From a virus: a stretch of 64,000 nucleotides of DNA. The notes under the pieces were generated by a model, which saw only the letters and a list, made by a program, of their open reading frames with translations, ran no database searches and was not told where the DNA came from. The stretch lies in IMG/VR virus record IMGVR_UViG_3300027763_000029; one strand, 5' to 3'. Of the stretch, positions 58,784 through 64,000 are shown in pieces (within the stretch, counting starts at the first letter, position 1; each line of letters begins with the position of its first letter). The translations under genes and the position numbers were made by a program.

Positions 58784-60398
58784 TTTTTTTGCGTTTGATT
58801 GCGGTTGTAAGTTTAAAGTAATAGACAATTCTGGCGATATTCCAAAAATAGATTTCTCTGCTAATATAGAGAATCTTAATTTGGAGTGTCACAGAACTTG
58901 GGACTTGATATCCGAAGGTAATACTAAAGGATGTTTTCAGTTGGAGTCTAGGCTCGGGCAAATGATGGCTAAAAAACTTAAGCCAGAAAATATTGAACAG
59001 TTATCTGGGTTGATAGCTATTCTTAGACCAGGATGCTTAGAGTCTGTAAGAGATGGCAAGAGTATTACCAATCATTATATAGATAAGAAAAATGGATTGG
59101 AAAGTATTGACTATTTTCATATGGCATTAGAACCAGCATTAAAGACAACATATGGAGAGATGATATACCAAGAAGAGAGTATGCAGATCGCCCATGATAT
59201 TGCAGGATTTGATCTGCAGGAAGCTGATATGTTAAGAAAGGCTATTGGAAAAAAGAAGCCAGAAGAAATGGCTAAATTGAAGAAAAAATTCTTAACAGGA
59301 TCCAAAGAAAAGAATATCGTAACAGAGGATCAGGCAGAAGAAATCTTTGGCTGGATTGAAAAATCACAAAGATACTCTTTCAATAAGTCACACAGTATAA
59401 GTTATGCTATGAACGCATATCTCTCAGCTTATACAAAAGCACACTTCTCCAGGATATTCTTTGCATCATATTTAAAGTTTGCTAAAGACAAGATAGATCC
59501 TCAGCAAGAGATAAAAGAATTGGCAAGAAATGCTAATGAGATGGGTATTGATGTTAGATTACCAGATCTACGCAATCTTAATAAGAATTTCTTCATTAAA
59601 GATAAGAATATATATTTTGGATTAACAGATATCAAAGGTGTTGGAGATTCTGTATTTAAAAAGTTGCTAGAACTTAATGAGCAAAAAGATATTAGTTCAT
59701 TAGGATATATTCAAAGCATCTGTCACATATTACTGAATATTAACTCAACAGCTGCAAAAGCTCTTGTTGGTAGTGGCGCTCTGGATTATTTTAGAAAAAA
59801 TAGAACTGAAATACTTTTTCATTACGAAATATTGTCATCTCTAACCAAGAAAGAGTTAGAACTATTTGCGGGCCTTATAAGTGATAAGCCTACATCAGAT
59901 ATAAAGGTCGTACTACAAGCATTGCTTAATGAAAAGATAACAAAAAAGAGAATAGAGCCAATTTCTAACTTAATAAGATCACTGGAGCATCCTCCTTATT
60001 CATTAACAGATAAGATAGAATGGTTATCTGATTCAGAAAACTCTTTTCTGGGTGTAGCCATATCTTGCTCTAAATTAGACTCTTATGATATTAGTATGAC
60101 CAATACTAATTGTAAAGAATTTAAAACTACGCTACTATCAGAAAAAATAATCTTAGCCGGTGAAGTTAGCAATGTAAATATTATTAAGACAAAAAAGGGA
60201 AAAAATCCAGGACAAGAAATGGCATTTGTTAGTGTTGAAGATGCTTATGGTCTATTGGATTCTGTTATCTTTTTCCCGGAACAATTAGAGACATATAAGC
60301 ACCATCTATTCCAAGGTAATGTGCTAATTTTTATTGGCAACAAAACAAAAACAAAGGATGGTTTGGTTGTCGATAAGTGTTTTACGCCGAGATCTTGA
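58776..60398 (+). CDS. dnaE: DNA polymerase III alpha, C-terminal subunit (fingers, HhH, OB-fold)
   Basis: GCFQLES, RPG, TYG.MIYQE, ADMLRKAIGKK, YSFNKSH, GLTDIKGVG, MAFVSVED. Confidence 0.92.
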   Translation: MSDFFAFDCGCKFKVIDNSGDIPKIDFSANIENLNLECHRTWDLISEGNTKGCFQLESRLGQMMAKKLKPENIEQLSGLIAILRPGCLESVRDGKSITNHYIDKKNGLESIDYFHMALEPALKTTYGEMIYQEESMQIAHDIAGFDLQEADMLRKAIGKKKPEEMAKLKKKFLTGSKEKNIVTEDQAEEIFGWIEKSQRYSFNKSHSISYAMNAYLSAYTKAHFSRIFFASYLKFAKDKIDPQQEIKELARNANEMGIDVRLPDLRNLNKNFFIKDKNIYFGLTDIKGVGDSVFKKLLELNEQKDISSLGYIQSICHILLNINSTAAKALVGSGALDYFRKNRTEILFHYEILSSLTKKELELFAGLISDKPTSDIKVVLQALLNEKITKKRIEPISNLIRSLEHPPYSLTDKIEWLSDSENSFLGVAISCSKLDSYDISMTNTNCKEFKTTLLSEKIILAGEVSNVNIIKTKKGKNPGQEMAFVSVEDAYGLLDSVIFFPEQLETYKHHLFQGNVLIFIGNKTKTKDGLVVDKCFTPRS

Positions 60399-60422
60399 CA
60401 ATCACATGCCATCGATTATCAT
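60395..60422 (+). promoter_or_regulatory. Sigma70-like promoter TTGACA-N16-TATCAT for ssb
   Basis: Overlaps the dnaE-C stop; ~50 nt upstream of ssb. Confidence 0.6.
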
Positions 60423-60473
60423 ATGTTATCGTGTTCGTTTGGTTTGGTTTAAATTTTTAATTAAGGAGATGAT

Positions 60474-60854
60474 ATGAATATCACGATTTTGAGAGGTAAT
60501 TTAGCAAGAGATCCTGAGCTAAGAGTCGTTAATACTGGCGGCAAGCAGACTTCTGTTGTTAATTTTACCGTAGCTGTCTCTAGGGAATATACTAAGGCTA
60601 GTGGTGAAAAGGATAAGGTAACTTCATTTATTAATTGCGAAGCATGGGACAGTGGTGCTGAGATCATAGGATCTTCATTTAAGAAGGGTGATCTGGTTCT
60701 AGTAGAAGGATCTCTACGCAATGATACGTGGGAAAAGGATGGCGTTAAGCATAGTAGTCTAAAGGTTAGAGTTAATAATTTCTCTAAGATTACTAAGTTG
60801 TCAAAGCAGGGCAAGGGCGAACAAGCGGAACCTGCTGAGTCCGTTGCTTTCTGA
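60474..60854 (+). CDS. ssb: Single-stranded DNA-binding protein
   Basis: GNLARDPELR, FTVAVSR, CEAW...AE, KGD.V.VEGSL...W. Confidence 0.95.
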   Translation: MNITILRGNLARDPELRVVNTGGKQTSVVNFTVAVSREYTKASGEKDKVTSFINCEAWDSGAEIIGSSFKKGDLVLVEGSLRNDTWEKDGVKHSSLKVRVNNFSKITKLSKQGKGEQAEPAESVAF

Positions 60855-60882
60855 TTAGGATATTTAGAATATAATTTCATAA

Positions 60883-60913
60883 AGATGGGGGCGGTAAAAC
60901 GCCCCTATTTTTA
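60883..60913 (+). terminator. Rho-independent terminator
   Basis: ATGGGGGCG-GTAAAA-CGCCCCTAT followed by a T-run. Confidence 0.8.
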
Positions 60914-60931
60914 TCTTCCCTCTTTATTATT

Positions 60932-62596
60932 ATGAATAAATCAAAACTTAAAATACTCATGGTTTCTGAAGCCAGCTTTCTTAGCTCTGGCTTTTCAATT
61001 TATACTAGAGAAATCCTATCTCGACTGTATAAGACTAACAAGTATGACATAGCAGAATTTGCTTCTTATGGCATGGTAAATGATGCAAGAGATAAGAATA
61101 TACCTTGGAGATACTATGCTAATGCAGTCAAGGAAGATGATCCAAGACACAAAGAGTATACTTCGAGGGGAGATAATCAATTTGGTAGATGGAGATTTGA
61201 AAAAGTCTTATTAGATTTTAAGCCAGATGTTGTGATAGATATTAGGGATTATTGGATGAGTTCGTACCAAGCACTATCGCCTTTAAGAAAATTCTTTCAT
61301 TGGATACTTATGCCAACAGTTGACTCCGCTCCACAGCAGGAAGAGTGGATAGACACATTTCTCTCTGCCGACAGTATTTTTACTTATTCTGATTGGGGTG
61401 CCAATGTTCTAAAAGATCAAAGCTCAGGCAAGATAAATTATATAGATACCGCATCCCCTGGGGTTGATCTCTTTACGTTTCATCCAGTAAAAGACAAAAA
61501 ATCTCTAAAAGAAGAGTATGACATACCTAATGACAGCATAGTCATAGGATCAGTTATGAGAAATCAAAAAAGAAAATTGATACCAGAACTTATGGTTTCT
61601 TTTAGAAAAGCTATGGATATCTTGAAAGAAGAAAATAATCCGCTGGGTAAAAAAATATATTTGTATATTCATACAAGTTATCCTGATGCTGGTTGGGATC
61701 TGCCAGAACTTTTAAAAGAACACAGACTAGCTAACAGAGTACTATTTACATATCTATGTAGACGTTGTGGTAATATGAGTTCAAGTGTCTTTGTAGGACC
61801 ACAAAAAGTATGTTCAAGATGTTTGGAAAAAAGCATGACATTCTCCTCTGTAACAAATGGAATATCAACTGAACAGCTAGCTAAGGTCTATAATCTATTC
61901 GATGCTTATGTACAATATTCCATATGCGAAGGTTTTGGATGCCCACAAACAGAAGCAGGAGCTTGCGGATTACCAATATTTACAGTTGATTATAGTGCAA
62001 TGTGCGATATTGTAAAAAAGCTAGATGCTGTTCCTATTAGTCCAAAATCATACTTTAAAGAACTTGAAACAAAAGCAATAAGAGTTTATCCAGATAATGA
62101 ACAATTAGCAAATGAAATAGTTAAATTATGCAATATGTCAGACTCAGAGAGATCGGCTATAGGCCAAAAGACTAGACAGCTTACAGAAAAATACTATAAT
62201 TGGGATGACATAGCAAAAAAATGGGAAAATCATTTGGATCATATAGACAGTACCTATAGATCAGACTGGCACAGTTCAGCAACATTTATGAATAAAATTG
62301 AAAAAGAAATAGACACAAATAGCAGTCAGCATTTTGATAATACAGCAAAATTATGCTTTAGTCATCTAAAAGATATAGACAAGATATCATCTATGAGCAT
62401 ACTAACTTTGTTACAATATGTAGATTATGGCTTTTCTATGCATGGGTCTAATATTACTAAGCATGAATATGATGATATAGTAACATATATAAATACATAC
62501 ATAGACAATATAAATCATTCAGATAAGGTTAGATCTGAAAATATTAAATTCAATGACGACTTCATACAATATGCATCAATCAAGGCAAACACATAA
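60932..62596 (+). CDS. GT4-like glycosyltransferase with CxxC...CxxC insertion
   Basis: SGF..Y, RNQKRK, CRRC...CSRC, EGFGCPQTEA.ACG. Confidence 0.82.
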   Translation: MNKSKLKILMVSEASFLSSGFSIYTREILSRLYKTNKYDIAEFASYGMVNDARDKNIPWRYYANAVKEDDPRHKEYTSRGDNQFGRWRFEKVLLDFKPDVVIDIRDYWMSSYQALSPLRKFFHWILMPTVDSAPQQEEWIDTFLSADSIFTYSDWGANVLKDQSSGKINYIDTASPGVDLFTFHPVKDKKSLKEEYDIPNDSIVIGSVMRNQKRKLIPELMVSFRKAMDILKEENNPLGKKIYLYIHTSYPDAGWDLPELLKEHRLANRVLFTYLCRRCGNMSSSVFVGPQKVCSRCLEKSMTFSSVTNGISTEQLAKVYNLFDAYVQYSICEGFGCPQTEAGACGLPIFTVDYSAMCDIVKKLDAVPISPKSYFKELETKAIRVYPDNEQLANEIVKLCNMSDSERSAIGQKTRQLTEKYYNWDDIAKKWENHLDHIDSTYRSDWHSSATFMNKIEKEIDTNSSQHFDNTAKLCFSHLKDIDKISSMSILTLLQYVDYGFSMHGSNITKHEYDDIVTYINTYIDNINHSDKVRSENIKFNDDFIQYASIKANT

Positions 62597-62604
62597 GAAC
62601 TATT

Positions 62605-63651
62605 ATGACAACAATATTCATTGGTCCATATAGACAATATGATTATATGGGGCAACTATCAAAAATTTATTTAGAGTCTATCCATAGAGCCTTTATCATA
62701 AAAAAAATGTCTATTATAGGTAGACCATTATATATAGATGATCTGTCTGTAACTCAAGATGATACTGGTATACTTAATTTTATAGAGAATATTCCAGAAA
62801 AATTTCAATTAAATTCACTAATACAACATGCACCAGTAGAATACCTCTCAATACAAAAATCTGTTAAAAATATAGCAATACCCATTATCGATAATAGAAT
62901 ATCAAAAGTCTCCTATAATCAAAATTATCAGAAGCTTAATTCATTCGACTACGTATTAGTTGACAACGATCATGATAAAACAATATTAATTAGATCAAAT
63001 ATAACATCTCCTATAGTTGTTTTTGATGAATCATTTTCAGATAAAGAAATATCGCAGCATTCTAATAAAAGATATAATCTTGGAGAAAAAATTGGAGACA
63101 ATTTTATTTTTGGTTTTATAGGAACCTATAAACAGAATATTTCGATTATTCAGAAAATCATTAATTCTTTTCTTATATCATTTCGTTCTTATGCTAATGT
63201 TAATCTTTTAATATGCTGTAAAGGTACAGAGCAAGATAAAAAAGATTTAGAAAATTATTATAAAGAAACAAAACAAAAACTTAAAATTATAGACTATGAT
63301 AATATTGTATTTATTTTTAATGGACTAGAGACAGAATCAGTTATAGCATCATTAAATACTTTTGATTGTTTCCTATCTCTGAACGATGATTATTCACAGT
63401 ATCTTTATGAGAAATATTTTGTTAAATCAGAAAAAAATATTATAAACAAACATAATACTACTAGTATACAAATACCGGCAATAAGTATAGATACATCAAA
63501 TGATCTTGAAGATTTAATGACCTCAATACCGACAGCGGACCTCTGTAAAAAAATGATAGATATAAAAAATCAACAAAATAATAAAAATAATAGAATGAAA
63601 AAAAATAATAATAAAAATTTAGGAGAAACAATATGTCATATTCTACAATAA
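62605..63651 (+). CDS. Divergent GT-B glycosyltransferase-like protein
   Basis: FIGPYRQ N-terminus, FIFGFIG, DCFLSL; adjacent to the GT4 gene. Confidence 0.5.
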   Translation: MTTIFIGPYRQYDYMGQLSKIYLESIHRAFIIKKMSIIGRPLYIDDLSVTQDDTGILNFIENIPEKFQLNSLIQHAPVEYLSIQKSVKNIAIPIIDNRISKVSYNQNYQKLNSFDYVLVDNDHDKTILIRSNITSPIVVFDESFSDKEISQHSNKRYNLGEKIGDNFIFGFIGTYKQNISIIQKIINSFLISFRSYANVNLLICCKGTEQDKKDLENYYKETKQKLKIIDYDNIVFIFNGLETESVIASLNTFDCFLSLNDDYSQYLYEKYFVKSEKNIINKHNTTSIQIPAISIDTSNDLEDLMTSIPTADLCKKMIDIKNQQNNKNNRMKKNNNKNLGETICHILQ

Positions 63652-64000
63652 TGCAGAATATTTTGAGTCCTATACTCTACTTATCTGGTGATCCTAAAAG
63701 AAAAGATATAAAGATATTATATGATTATAGTAATAGTATTTTTGATAAATTTTTAATAAAACATTTAGATATGTCATTTATGTATGAATCTGAGTATATC
63801 CGTACTCGTGGAATGTTTTGTTATGACATATATTGGAACAACGATCCGGTACAGTATACGTCTAACGCTAGTTTTTATAAAAGCGAACACATCCTGGATA
63901 TGATATTTTTCCACGAATCACCAGACCCAGCACTTAAAAAAGAAGATAAATTCTTATTACAGAACAGATTGGGCGATTCATTTAAAATATATACTAATGA
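63633..64000 (+). CDS. 5' part of a hypothetical protein, truncated by the window edge
   Basis: SD AGGAG; ATG at 63633 (MSYSTIMQNILSP...), open to the window end. Confidence 0.55.
   Translation, partial: MSYSTIMQNILSPILYLSGDPKRKDIKILYDYSNSIFDKFLIKHLDMSFMYESEYIRTRGMFCYDIYWNNDPVQYTSNASFYKSEHILDMIFFHESPDPALKKEDKFLLQNRLGDSFKIYTN

Noticed and set aside
1053-60880. Many short antisense or alternate-frame ORFs in the track (e.g. 1053..1313, 14725..15177, 26335..26706, 44226..44531, 60461..60880)
   Set aside because: They are nested in or opposite well-supported genes and lack motifs or an SD; they are most likely shadow ORFs.
1-64000. Stop-codon reassignment (TAG/TGA recoding as in some huge phages)
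   Set aside because: Conserved genes are full length under code 11, and TAG and TGA end genes at sensible positions (e.g. 7820, 54887, 4465). The only broken gene involves TAA plus a frame change.

Overview
This 64 kb window is AT-rich (roughly 30% GC by eye), gene-dense and almost all on the + strand. It looks like part of a large (jumbo/huge) tailed-phage genome using the standard code. A Planctomycetota host is tentatively inferred. Modules, left to right: (1) a tRNA-like element, an AEP/RepB-type primase-like gene, a Zn-ribbon/RuvA-domain-III protein next to RuvB, a membrane protein plus actin-like ATPase, an HNH nuclease, and trypsin and subtilisin proteases. (2) A ~20 kb glycosylation island, partly on the minus strand, with many glycosyltransferases (GT60-, GT31-, GT90- and GT4-like), glf and methyltransferases. 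(3) guaC, a divergent bacterioferritin, a sigma factor, ClpP and a catalytically degenerate DeoC. (4) Virion/tail-like proteins with Pro/Thr repeats and a cluster of membrane proteins with a papain-like protease. (5) Nucleotide metabolism (dCMP deaminase, class II RNR, dUTPase, PhoH). (6) A replication module: RecA, DnaB, DnaG, dNMP kinase, PD-(D/E)XK nuclease, an intein-less split DnaE flanking a DEDDh exonuclease, and SSB. The most striking observation is at the 5' end of dnaE-N. The conserved PHP motif HVHS|HYSLLDG is broken by an 11-nt insert (TCT-TAA-GTGGG-TCA) flanked by two Ser codons. The insert sits inside a large nested RNA stem-loop formed with the 5' UTR. This is a candidate for programmed ribosomal bypassing, a micro-intron or a regulatory switch. 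Two promoter classes also recur: TTGACW-N16-TAnnAT and a phage-type GGTGTAT motif. Functional calls come from motif recognition by eye; no database searches were run.
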